Source of the DNA: Bigelowiella natans CCMP2755
Lineage: Eukaryota > Protista > Cercozoa
Assembly: GCA_000320545.1 (NCBI GenBank)
Contig: ADNK01001313.1
Location: 27,457-91,456 of the forward strand
Length of the DNA: 64,000 nt
Direction of reading: 5' to 3'
Part shown: positions 13,709 to 25,079 of the stretch, piece by piece
Layout of the letters: each line of letters opens with the position of its first letter
Numbering within the stretch: the stretch's first letter is position 1
The notes under the pieces: model-generated
Databases searched by the model: none
The model's input: only the letters and a program-made list of their open reading frames with translations
Told to the model about the DNA's origin: nothing
Translations under genes and position numbers: made by a program

Positions 13709-15147
13709 ATGGAATAGACTGCAGAGCGCGTGTGGGTGTGTGCGTGCGTGTGTGTGTGTGTGTGCGTGTGTGTGTGTTGCGTGGGTGCCTGTTGGTTGGT
13801 AAATAGGTAATATTGACAAAATTATTACTGCTTTGTTTGGTTATGATGGTGGGTAATGCTCGGCTGGCGTGAGCAGACTTTGGGGACGGGATTTCGACAC
13901 TGACGACTACATCAGGTAGAAAACAACGACAAGATGATGAAGAAGATGATGAAGAAGAAGAAGAAGAAGAAGAAGAAGAGCCACACATAACAGTAGAACA
14001 ACAAAATATGTTTTCCCCCTTCTCAGCGCCCCTTCTCCTCCTCCTCCTCCTCCTCCTCCTCCTCCTCCTCCTCCTCCCCTCGTCTCCGTTTCTGTCTGAA
14101 TAGAATGTCCATTGCTGGGCGGCATCCAGACAGTAATCGCCTCTCCGTGAACGACGATATTGGTGGTGCAAATGGTAGTTTAAGATGGAGATGACGATGG
14201 TGATAATGGCGATGATGTTGATGATGACAAACAACAACGATTATGTGGTGAGGAGCTCCCGCATCAGCAATAAGCAGCCCGCATCCGCGTATAGCGTAGT
14301 TTTTCATTCATTGCTCCCTCCGTGAGAGAGAGAGAGGGGGGAGGGGCGAGGGTACTTTCTTTCCAAAACATCGTTATCCCTGCTCTATATATCTATGTTT
14401 CTGTGTGCAAATTGCTTCGATGATTCTTGATAACATATCTTGTGTTATTGTCGTCGGGGATGGATCGATGGCATAAGCAGATGGAGGGGAGCCAGTTGGC
14501 CGATTTGTTAGTTCTGGCAGTGGAGCGGGAGGACTCGAACACGGTGACAATCATGCCTACGACGACGACGACGATCAAGACGGATCTAGCTCTGTCTCCT
14601 TCGGCGAGCTGTGCTCTGAGGAATCCAGAATGCCGATGGTGAGAGCTGCCCTATATACACACATATACATAGAGTATCCTAACTACTGTGTGGTAATGTG
14701 ACGACTGAGAAAGACGTGAAGGATGCAATGCGACAGCTAATTGCTGACTTGTTGTTCTTATTATCTACCTATAAATGCTGCTGCTCTACAGATCATAGGT
14801 TGCGGGTTGATGCTCCTGCAGCAGTGGAGCGGCAACAATGCGGTACTACTACTGCTGCTGCTGCTGCTACTACTGCTACCACTTCTATTACTAATACCGC
14901 TGCCGCCGCTGCTGTTAGCAAAGTACAAGAATTAATATTTTGGTATTGGCAGTTGGAACTATTAGGGAAAGTCTGCTACTGTTTGATTTCCAATGAGCTC
15001 GTAAAGAGACTGACACATCATCATTATCGTCATTGTCATCATCCCCATCATCATCATCATCATCATCATCCTCTGTGATCGTGGGGGGGTGGGGGGGTTG
15101 GATCCATAATAATCTTTGTTTCGTCCTTATGCGTTTTCCTCTTCCTC

Positions 15148-15179
<32 letters not shown>

Positions 15180-15705
15180 CTTCTTCTCTCCAGGTGATAT
15201 TCTTCTGCAGCTCGATCTTCAAGACGGCAGGATTGGATAATACCGACCAAGCGTCTCTGTACGTAATGGCTACTCAGGTAGCAGCAACAGTTGTATCAGT
15301 AGTAGGAGCGGTAGTAGGAGGAGGCTTCATACAGCAGAGAGCTGCTGTCGTTTGATCACTTGCACGTTCCTCCTGAGAGTGTTACCGGACAGAGCAGCGT
15401 GAGTGACATGTCTTGTTTCCTCCTCGCCCATCCTTCCTCCTCTTTACCGTCCCCCTCCCCCCCTTCTCTCCTGTACTGCTCAAGGTCATCGCCACTGGAC
15501 TGTCAGTTTATCTTATGGATAAGGTAGGCGTAGTAGTATGTTAGGGGTAGGTGAGAAGGAAGCGATTGGCAAGGGAGATGCTGGTAATTCTGACTGGTCT
15601 GCTGTCGTATTTGATCGCTTCGCTGCTTTCTGCTTTTGATTAGGCGGGGAGGCGCCTGCTCATGCTCATGGCTTCCGTAGGTCGTCATTTCGTAGAATTA
15701 TCAGT

Positions 15706-15743
<38 letters not shown>

Positions 15744-15910
15744 GGCAAAGCAGCTAACACAGCACATCTTGCATGACATGGCATCATGCACAGGAATGGC
15801 TGCCGCGTCGGGGACTCTTGGCTTCCTGTTCCTGTTGCAGCACGGTAGTAGTAGTAGTAGTAGTTTTTGGTTGGGAACAAGGAGATAGCTGCATGTGTGT
15901 GTGCGTGTGT

Positions 15911-15972
<62 letters not shown>

Positions 15973-16451
15973 AGATGGATGGGCAGGGATAGAGCTTGTG
16001 ATGGGGGTTAGGGAGTAGAATAGGACATGCTGTTCACACACGCACACACACACACACACACACAACACATGATGGATAGTTTCATTTGAAAAGCATAATT
16101 CTCCTGCTGCTTTATCCTCACGTGCATCACGTAGTGTGTTCTATTCTTTTCCTTCAATAATCGCATACAATGTGCTGCCTCATAACTCACACACTCACTC
16201 ATTACTCGCTCTTCCTCGTCTACTCTCCGCTACAAACAAGCAACTGATATGGCTGTTGGTTTCGAATTCAGGATCCCAAAAACCGCCTGGATGGATCACC
16301 ATCATCGCCCTTATCACGTACGATGCGACAACGTCGAATAATGGATGATCCTTGCTGCTGTACCTTATCGTCGTCCCCCCTCCCCTCCCTCCCCCGTTCG
16401 CCGTTGACCATTATAAAATCATAAAAAAAAAACAATAATGCTTGTCTCTGT

Positions 16452-16495
<44 letters not shown>

Positions 16496-17091
16496 CTCTC
16501 TCTCTCTCTCTATTCCTCTGCGGTGTATGATGTTTGGGCATTCACATCATAATTTTAGATACATCATATTCTTCTCTATTGGCATGGGTCCAATTCCATG
16601 GTTGATCACCGGCGAGGTACATGTAGTTGCGTCAATCAATGCAGCACGCATATATCATCACTGCTAGTATGCGAGGTAGTAGCTAGCAGCGCTAATCAAC
16701 GCTGCACACATCATCGCTACAATGCCAAGCGAGGAGAAGCCTCAAGTTCTTTCGAGATTAATGTTCTGAATATCTTACGCCTTATCTCTTCTTCTCCTTC
16801 TCAACCCCCTTTCTCTTACCGCGCCATCTAGATCTTCCCTAACCGCACACGTGCTCTTGGATCGTATGTCAATTAATACATATTATTTTCATAACCAACA
16901 AACCACACACCTCTACCCCTCCTCCTCCTGATGTCGCAGTCGTTGTTCTCAATCCATATTGCAACAAGCGCATCTCCCTTTCTCATCCTTCAATAGCAGC
17001 CTAAACACGTTACGACACTGCATCATCATCGTGCAGTGTGTTTCCTTGATGCCTCCTAATATACGTGCATGATATCAACAGGATCTGTTCC

Positions 17092-17127
<36 letters not shown>

Positions 17128-18199
17128 TGACGCCTTCCAGGTCGGTCGCGACAATGGTGAACTGGTTCTCAGCTTTCGGGGTGACGTTCCTCTTCGCTGA
17201 TATGGAGGTAGGTGGGTGGGTAGGTAGGTAGGTAGGTAGGTAGATAGGCAGGTATTTAGGCGGGTAGGCAGTAACGGTATTAGGAATGGAGATTGTGGCG
17301 GTGATGGAGATTAGTTTTGACGATTACTGCGACGCAATTGGTGTTGATGGTGCTCCTTCGTCCTTGTTCATGTTAATATATTCTCCGAACTGCTGCCCCT
17401 CCTCCTCCATTCGGTTTCGTGCGAGGGGGAGGCTGCGTGTCTGCAAGTCGTAGCACTATGTAAACTGTTTTGTTCTTGCCTGGTACTGCCTTCCATCTCT
17501 ACCATTCCAACCACACGTGACGACATTAGCGTTGACTGTGCAATCGATATTATCAGGAGTCGCTTCAAGACTACGGCACCTTTTGGTCACTCATAGTAGC
17601 TCAGAACGTTCAAAAATATAATGATTCGAAACCAACAGTAAAAAATGTATTCCAGCATCTCGTTCTGAATTTCATTGTTAAACTGTCCAAAAATACCGTT
17701 TTTTTGGGTAATGTACATAAAGGCGTTTTATAACTACTTTCATACAATATGGACGTCCATCAATCCTACATTGCAGATATCGTCATTATATAGCCAAAGT
17801 GTGTGGGGGGGGAGGGAACAGGGAGATTTGTGTTGCGTCGTTTCAAGTGGTATCATGCTATAACTGCAACTTCTGGCACCGCTTCAGGTTTTACACTAGC
17901 ATCCTCGGGTTTGCCTTTATATTCGTATTCATTCTGGTGCCAGAAACCAAAGGTTATTAGGGTGTATATGAATGAATGAATGAATGAATGAAACAATAAA
18001 ATACCGATGATGTGCGCTGCTCTAATGACGTGGAGCATGTATGGCCGAGTGCACCTTTTAAGAGTCCTCTTGGTGAAGTACCCTCTGTGATCATCATTCT
18101 CCTCCTCCTCCTGCTTCTCCTGCTGATGTTAATGCTACAGGATTGTCTAATTGGGAAATTCAGTTGGCGCTAAAGAGGAAAAATCCTTTCGGTTGTTAA
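11227..18199 (+). CDS. MFS sugar porter (GLUT8/ERD6-like/TRET1-like), about 20 or more short exons
   Basis: Exons read GAFMFGYTLGFTSPA, GRLADYIGRK, PMYISE|IAPTAYRGALGALNQL, PETP, QQWSGNNA|VIFF, MDK..GRR, GMGPIPWLITGE|IFPNRTR, NW-x-x-AF, VPETK|GLSNWEI..FGC* (stop 18197-18199). Confidence 0.92.
15912..15966. repeat. (AG)n microsatellite, one of many SSRs in sugar-porter introns (also (GT)n ~13669-13706, (GAA)/(CTC)n ~13930-14078, (CAT)n ~15706-15741, (TC)n ~16454-16511)
   Basis: Seen directly; boundaries approximate. Confidence 0.9.
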
Positions 18200-18539
18200 A
18201 GGCGAGGAGAGAGAGGGGGGAGGGAGGGGGGGGGAGGGATCAGCAGGCATGAAAGGTGGAGCTACCACATCTAGATGAAACTTGCGAGATTTTTGAGAGA
18301 GAAACTCAGTCGGATTGATTTTTTTTCATTTTCCATTATGATCCGATACATCAACTGCGCATCATAGGCGAACGAGAGACGAGCGAGTTTAAAAGCAACG
18401 GGAATTTCAAATGATAAATAAGAAGTTGAAAGTCTCAAGAGTTCTGACTTGATCCAAGATCCTTCTCTTGTAAGGAGAGACTTATATAAAGTTCCGCGCA
18501 AGCGTGTCATAACTACTCCTTTCTGTGATCAATAGTATT

Positions 18540-19260
18540 ACATGCAATGCTTGATGCATATTTTAAGCCTAAACCAATCCACGTTGAGTTTAGACGTGTG
18601 TTCATCACTCGCTGTGTGGTTACTACCGCTCACATGAATACTAAGTGGTCGTGGACAATACTGAATACGTCACGATTGCTGGAGTGGAGTTTCACCCTTT
18701 TCAAAATTACTGCACTCAATTATGCTGACAACAATGCACATCATTGTCAACATGAGTTTTCATGTGATGATTTTCATGTCCGGCATTTTGCTCTAGAGCT
18801 AGTAGAATGTGCATGCTAGCATGAGATGCAAGATCAAGTGCAAGCCAAGTTCTCTGCTGCTTGCGCATCTAGACATGCATGCACGCATCCGCAAATGTCG
18901 CCTGCGTCATGCAGCAGTTATTGCGTTGTGGTAGCAGCAGACTAGCGCAGTTTAGTAGTACGTTGCGTGTGATGCCTATCGCGGATCGAATGATCAAATG
19001 CGACATCCCTAGATCTAGATAGCTAGTACATGGTCTTTTCTCCAAGAAAATTTTCGCATCGCTTTGTTAGCCTGTCTAGCTGTGCTATGCACTGATTCAT
19101 GATGATGAAGCACACATGCTAGCATGCTAGCACGTCTAGACGTACGTGTGGCACTAATAATCGTTTCAGAAATGCTAATCATTTTGACAAGTAGCGCCGT
19201 TACAAAACTTGGCTTCGTGATCTTCCTCATGCACCACACACGACATCGACACAATTTAGC
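18540..19260. other. Convergent-junction island (sugar porter -> <- 7TM-RGS)
   Basis: CATGCTAGCATG at 18812-18823 and 19115-19126; many CTAG, CATG and TGCA. Confidence 0.8.
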
Positions 19261-19288
19261 CACCGTACAAGAACCTTCTGAAATTTTG

Positions 19289-22200
19289 TCAAGACAGCAT
19301 CAAGATTTCCGTGATGGTACGATGGTGATCCTCAGCAAATCGTCTGAAAGAATCCTGTTCCATAATTTGAAAGATTTTTTGTTTCGCGCTCTTATATACG
19401 AGTTTACTCTCCTGCAGATACCTTATAGCAGTTAACCTCGTTGATTCAAAATCATCAGACGCGCTATCACAAAATCTAGCACTATTGCGGTTTGATTTGT
19501 CAGCCTCGGCTGTCACGCTTTGAAACTCTCTAATGTCGTGATTGCTCGAAGCAGTGGGCCCGCTTGAAGGACGAAGATAATCCGATTGTGCTCTTACCAT
19601 TAATATTGATGATTTTCTTTCAAGAATTTCTTTGTGATCCGCCTTCTCATTTTGTGGCTTCTCTTGCGCAATGATCTAGAGTATAAATTTCTTAATTAGA
19701 ATGCATGGAACCAAAGGCATGAATAAACAAAAATAACCTCGCAAAATGTCCGAGAGGCGGACATACTCCTCTCTGTGGGTGTGTTGGAGCGATCATTCGT
19801 CGGTAAGATGGCCAATGGAGAAACTGATTGCATAGGGTTTGGTTTAAGTAGTGGAGAAACTGCTTGCGAGCTTTGCCCTGTTAATATTTGAAACACATAG
19901 ATGTGAAAAGAATTATCATGTTGTTTGACAAAAGCTTTGAGCGCATTTAATCCAATTTCGAACACGAAATACTTCGGTCAAGTCTCAACATTTCTCTTAC
20001 TAATACAATTGTGAGGTGCTGACCACTGGCAGACACTTTTGTGGGACTATTCGGTATATTCCTCTTTTGAGAAAGATTTCGTGGCGACCCCCCACGACTT
20101 AATGCTAATGAGAAAGGGTTTATCATCATGACAAAATGAAACCATTTAAATCAGGAACCTATAGGTGAGATGCCGGATCGCTGGCCAATTGTTGCTGACT
20201 TCGAGTTGAGAGGACTCGCTGGTTTTAAGTTACCAATTCCCACCGTTGCAGTACTCATAATACCAAATTTCGTATCATCGCAAATATTTGAGTCATGGCG
20301 ATCAAAAGAGGGACTGTTAAAGATAAAATTAAGATAAGAAACCAAGCAGGCGTTATTCACTGGGTTTATTTACCTGATACCCCGAGGATTATGGATGTCA
20401 ACTGCTTCATATCTGTTTGCCATCCTACAAAATAAGGATCCATGTGTTAGATCACCAATACTGCAGTATTACAGTAACACTGCTCAGCGATACTACGTGA
20501 TACAGTAATGCTGCATACACTGAGTATTATGAAAAAGTATTCGCGCAGTATCGCCAACAGTATTGCTGAGTATCGCGCTATACTCATGATTTTGGAACAC
20601 GGCGGGTAATACTGTAACACTGTGGACAGTATTGGCGATCTAAGATCCATGTGTTCTGTCGTTCTATATTTGATGAAACATATGTAAGGGGCACCGTTTT
20701 GAATAAGTATTCATTATTGATAGGGAGCTTTTCCCTAAGCCTGCACCGGTGAAGTTGTCGAAATATTTGGAGATAAAGTCGTGTACAGCTGTTTCGATTC
20801 TATGCCCAATATTGATCTGGGACAGACATTCATACTCAGATGATCTTAGGAAAACAAACACCGAATTGAAATTATTTTTCAGGAACGGATACCTGACTTT
20901 CAGCCCTGCTTCCAATAAACTTCTTGTAAATAACAAAAATTGATTGATTTGTGGAATTTAGGATACTATGAATGTAGTCCTTTGTTTTGCTCGTAGATAT
21001 AAATCGTGGAGAAAACTTTCTACTGTTTCTTTTTATGTTTGCTAGAAGATCAATGTTGCTCTGGGTTTCTTTTTCAAAATGTATGATGGCTTTATAGAAA
21101 CGTAGATTCTCTGGCGCCTGTAACAAATAAGGTTTACACTTACAATTGACTATCAACGTACCTTCATCCTATTACCCATTCTTTAACAAGATGGCTTTCA
21201 AATAGCCTCAGTAGCTTCGGGTTTGCCAATATATGGACAAAGCTATAGCCCATCTCTGAACAAAAACACATATCATAATTTCGTGCGACTGTGATAAGTG
21301 ATAACATTCACGCAACCTTTTTGGAAATTTATATCAAAAGATTTTCGGGATCTTATGGATTCCTTTGTTAGTTTATATGGTAGCCTGTATGTGACGGAAT
21401 AATTCAATTGAAGTAGTCTCTGATTGAAGATGCTAGAACCATGATTCTGTCGCCCATACGGTCATCATTGCAAAAAACCAGTAGATATGGTATTCAATGA
21501 ACCGAGTATGTACAGATTCGATACTCTGTATTAATGAACATTGTTCATCAATATCTCCGGCGACATAATAGGATTAATACCGTTGCGAAAAGGTTGATGA
21601 TGAAGAATACCACTATTCCTGCATGAAAATTGTAATGGCAATTGATGATTTCATACTTCCAGTTGTCATCATATTTACCAGATGAAAACAATGCCATTTG
21701 AGTTTTTATTTTTAGCTTGATTTTGAAGGGATCTGTCTCTGCAGAGCTCGTGAAAATGTACCCGAAAAAGATAACCCTGCATCCAAAAAATTAAGTGCAA
21801 TAGAGTTTCGCTTTTAATTCTTTAAATCTCGCATTCAATAATTTTAAGTGTAATAGAGTTTCGCCTTCAAATCTTTAAATCTCAGGTATCAATAATTACC
21901 ATAGTGCCCATAGGACAAAGATAATTTCCAATAAACCAGTGTCACACGTAGCTTCATTGCCTTCAAATTCGTCATTATATCATGTTCATATTCGTTAGCA
22001 AAATCGTTGTGTAGATGGGAAGATGTTATCTCACGTTGGAAATCAGCTGATATGCGAATTTCTATGAGTACCGACAATGATGCTAGTACAAAAGTTCCTT
22101 GGATAATTATTGAATAACTTTGTATTGGATTACAAACTAATGATTATTTCGTGTTGAAATATTACCTACAGAAAGTGCAATAACTCTATTTCCCTTCAGC

Positions 22201-23033
22201 GACACTAAACATTTCTTTAAGAGCCAATCACTTTTCTATGATAATGCAGATTGGATGTCATCAGCTGCCCCAACTATAATTAGTTACATTTTTTTAAAGG
22301 AAACCTTTCTAATGTGGCTTCTTACAGGATCAGGATGCATAAATTCTTGTGCTTGCTTTGGAAAGTTACACCATTCGTGAGCGCAAGTGTGCGGGAAGGA
22401 GGAGAAAAGTACCTTTATTTGTGCAAGCCGATATAGGTGTCGGAGATCGCGGAAAACATGTAACCCTAGAATTTCGAAAGACAATTAATCTACATTCACA
22501 AGGTGAGTGAAAGACTACCCAACGCAGCTGCTCCAATGGTTTGTTGAAGAAGCAGAAAACTATATGTGATATTAAATATAGCGTATCATATGAGAAAACA
22601 TTGAATTATTTAGTTTACGAACATGAAACATGGCATCCGGATTCCAAGAATCCAATGTAGAAATCCAGGGACTTGCCACAGGAACATAACCATAAGCTTC
22701 AGTGAGACCTAAAGTGAATAAAAATTTTCATAGTTCATTCGTAGAATTTGAATTGCAATACATGAAGTGGGCGGTCCACAATACGCAATGTTGTCCTGTT
22801 TATAGCAACAAGAGCAGCTTATTAACCATTATGTTTGATACACGATGTATCAGCGAGATTTATAACTCCCCCAAAAGAAAACAATCAACAAGTACGTACC
22901 CCTTTGCCTCCAACCTGTGAAGTTCATACTGTGTCCATATCGATAGAGAGATGTAAACAATATTCTCGACAGCAAAATGAGCAAATTGTAGAATTAGGAC
23001 AGGATCCTTCGAGACGGCCGTGCTGTCCACCAT
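19289..23033 (-). CDS. 7TM-RGS protein (seven TM helices fused to a split RGS GTPase-accelerating domain), about 21 exons
   Basis: Manual splicing from ATG 23033 (an upstream ATG exists at 23176) gives 7 hydrophobic segments: VLILQFAHFAVENIVYISLSIW; VSLKLMVMFLWQVPGFLHWIL; PCFIFLLLQQTIGAAALGLHVFR; RVIALSVGTFVLASLSVLI; LLEIIFVLWALWVIFFGYIF; DPFKIK..MALFSSGIVVFFIINLF; HIYWFFAMMTVWATESWLP. RGS motifs follow: FVHILANPKLLRLFESHLVKEW|APENLRFYKAI, IYKKFI..ESQ|INI and, after a long insert, VYKSAKQKIFQIMEQDSFRRF. All junctions are GT-AG and in frame. Confidence 0.85.
20447..20643. mobile_element. 197-bp MITE (Mutator-like TSD length) inside a 7TM-RGS intron
   Basis: 17-bp TIRs TTAGATCACCAATACTG / CAGTATTGGCGATCTAA (1 mismatch). 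Perfect 10-bp flanking direct repeat GATCCATGTG at 20437-20446 and 20644-20653. Internal CAGTAT/ATACTG sub-repeats. Confidence 0.88.
21791..21897. repeat. Imperfect tandem duplication (2 x ~53 bp) in a 7TM-RGS intron
   Basis: ttaagtg(c/t)aatagagtttcgc..ctttaaatctc..tcaataatt occurs twice, back to back. Confidence 0.85.
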
Positions 23034-23645
23034 GCTCTGGCTGCTGAGTTCAACTCTGAATTAATCTCCACGACAACAGCACACCGATTGTCGAAGGAAT
23101 GAAAACAACTGTATTTCGGAAATCCACCCTGATTTCGCAGCGCAGCAAAAAAGAAAATAGCGTGGATTAACTTCATGGCTGAATCCGGAGCGCTTCTTTC
23201 CGTCCCACCCCAAATGTCATTGGTTGGGCTATAAATGCCATTGTAATTGTCTAAGCGACATCATAGCAAAGATGTCGCAGGTGTTAGTCATATCCAAACC
23301 GCCGACAGTGAACAACCGACTTGAGCGCAATTGGCCGCCATTTTTTTTTCTCTCGAAAGTGAATTATTCGCCTCCCTTCGAGCGAACAATTCAAGGAAAG
23401 TTGCCAAGTTAGTGCTACGAGGACATGTTTCGTAATCCTGATGTAGTTCCCGCTGTGCAAATTAAAGAGTACGTTACGCTCTGTGTCCTCAGCGTGCGAC
23501 AGGGTATATAGCAGCACCAATGGAGATTTCCATAGACTTTTTTTTCCATCCAATTGAGAAAGAGAACAAAGTAGACACAAAGATCTGGCTTTCCAGCGCA
23601 CACACACACAAGCCCAAACATTCCAGCGAGGCACGAAGTGGAACT
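23034..23645. promoter_or_regulatory. Putative bidirectional promoter/5' UTR region shared by 7TM-RGS and G-alpha
   Basis: ~610 bp between divergent start codons. Inferred from position only; no motif identified. Confidence 0.5.
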
Positions 23646-24725
23646 ATGGGGTTATGTGCTTCCGTGACAGATGAAGATATTCACAACAAAAAGATTCAGA
23701 AACTGTTGAAGGCTGAGAAGAAGTCATTCATGGATGTACAAAAGCTGCTGCTGTTAGGAGCTGGTGAATCTGGTAAATCTACTGTGTTTAAACAAATGAT
23801 TAGCATATATGGACAGGGCTTCAGCGAAGCAGAACGTAAATCATATAGGAGCATTATTTTTGGAAATGTCGTGCAATCAATGCAAATGCTCATTTCTCAA
23901 GCCAAGTATCGAGTTGAACTACGAAAACAAGAATTTACGATTAGCCCTAGTCTTGATGAGGACGTCAATACTGTCATGATGGCCAAACCACAACGCGGAG
24001 ATATGGATGAAAAGCTAGCTGAGTGCATAGCATCACTGTGGAAAGATGCTGGAATACAAGCTACCTATAGAGTTCGATCGCAGTTCCAGTTAAACGACTC
24101 TGCTAGTTATTATTTTGAACGGGTCAACGCTTTGGGAGCAAAGGGTTATATTCCTTCTGAACCTGACGTCATGAGATCCCGAGCACGTACCACTGGTGTC
24201 ATTGAGCAGGAATTCCTCGTTAACAATCACAGATTTCGAATGTTTGATGTAGGAGGACAACGAAGCGAAAGAAAAAAATGGATTCATTGCTTTGAGGGTG
24301 TCAATGGGGTTTTGTTCGTTGCGGCTATTAGTACGTACGACCAAGTTTTATTCGAGGATGGTGAGACTAATCGTATGGTTGAAGCTGTTCACCTATTTAA
24401 GGATGTCTGCAACAGTAATTGGTTTGAGAACACTTCGATGATTCTTTTTCTTAACAAAGAAGACTTGTTCCGACAGAAAATTGAAGAAACTCCGATTACG
24501 GTATCACCTGTTTTCCAAGATTACGATGGGGATGGAAGCTATGAGGATACTTCAGCATACATTGGACGAATTTTTGAGGATCAGAACGAGAAGCCCCATA
24601 AACGAATATATACCCATCTTACACACGCCACTGATAAAACAAATGTGCTGCGGGTTTTCGAAAGCGTGAAGGACACAGTGCTTCACAACGGACTAGTTGC
24701 AGCCGGAATCGTGACAACAGCATAG
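23646..24725 (+). CDS. Heterotrimeric G-protein alpha subunit, intronless, 359 aa
   Basis: MGLCAS (myristoylation Gly2, palmitoylation Cys4), GAGESGKST, RSRARTTG, DVGGQRSERKKW, NKED, THATD. One continuous ORF. Confidence 0.97.
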   Translation: MGLCASVTDEDIHNKKIQKLLKAEKKSFMDVQKLLLLGAGESGKSTVFKQMISIYGQGFSEAERKSYRSIIFGNVVQSMQMLISQAKYRVELRKQEFTISPSLDEDVNTVMMAKPQRGDMDEKLAECIASLWKDAGIQATYRVRSQFQLNDSASYYFERVNALGAKGYIPSEPDVMRSRARTTGVIEQEFLVNNHRFRMFDVGGQRSERKKWIHCFEGVNGVLFVAAISTYDQVLFEDGETNRMVEAVHLFKDVCNSNWFENTSMILFLNKEDLFRQKIEETPITVSPVFQDYDGDGSYEDTSAYIGRIFEDQNEKPHKRIYTHLTHATDKTNVLRVFESVKDTVLHNGLVAAGIVTTA

Positions 24726-25079
24726 AATATGTGATGTGCGATGAATTAACTTAATTTCTCAACGCCCGACATTGCAAGTTGCATTTTAATCACTACGATG
24801 ACCAGCATTTTGAAATGAGGAGATCAAAGTTGGGAGGACACAACATTTTGTTCCCGTGATTTAAGTGGGACAACAACTTGAACGTTCTTTGTTCTTTCGT
24901 GAGTTGAAAAAGGATCAACTTGCGAGTTTCCCAAGCATGCTCCAGTACATGTGTGTTTCCTGTTTCCGGTTGAAATCCTGCTCCCTTTCCTCTCTCACAT
25001 CTCTTCAGTGTTTTCTGTATGACAACATCAATGCACATTTTGCGAAATTGTGTGTGATTTTGAATGCACATTTTGTGCA

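Noticed and set aside
13659-14237. Long ORFs such as 13659-14237, 33501-34190 and much of 29012-29647
   Set aside because: Kept open by microsatellites (poly-R/S/H, THTH, ERER) within introns of other genes.
23520-23645. Upstream in-frame start giving a 401-aa G-alpha
   Set aside because: ATG 23646 yields the canonical MGxC lipidation N-terminus; an extension would block myristoylation.
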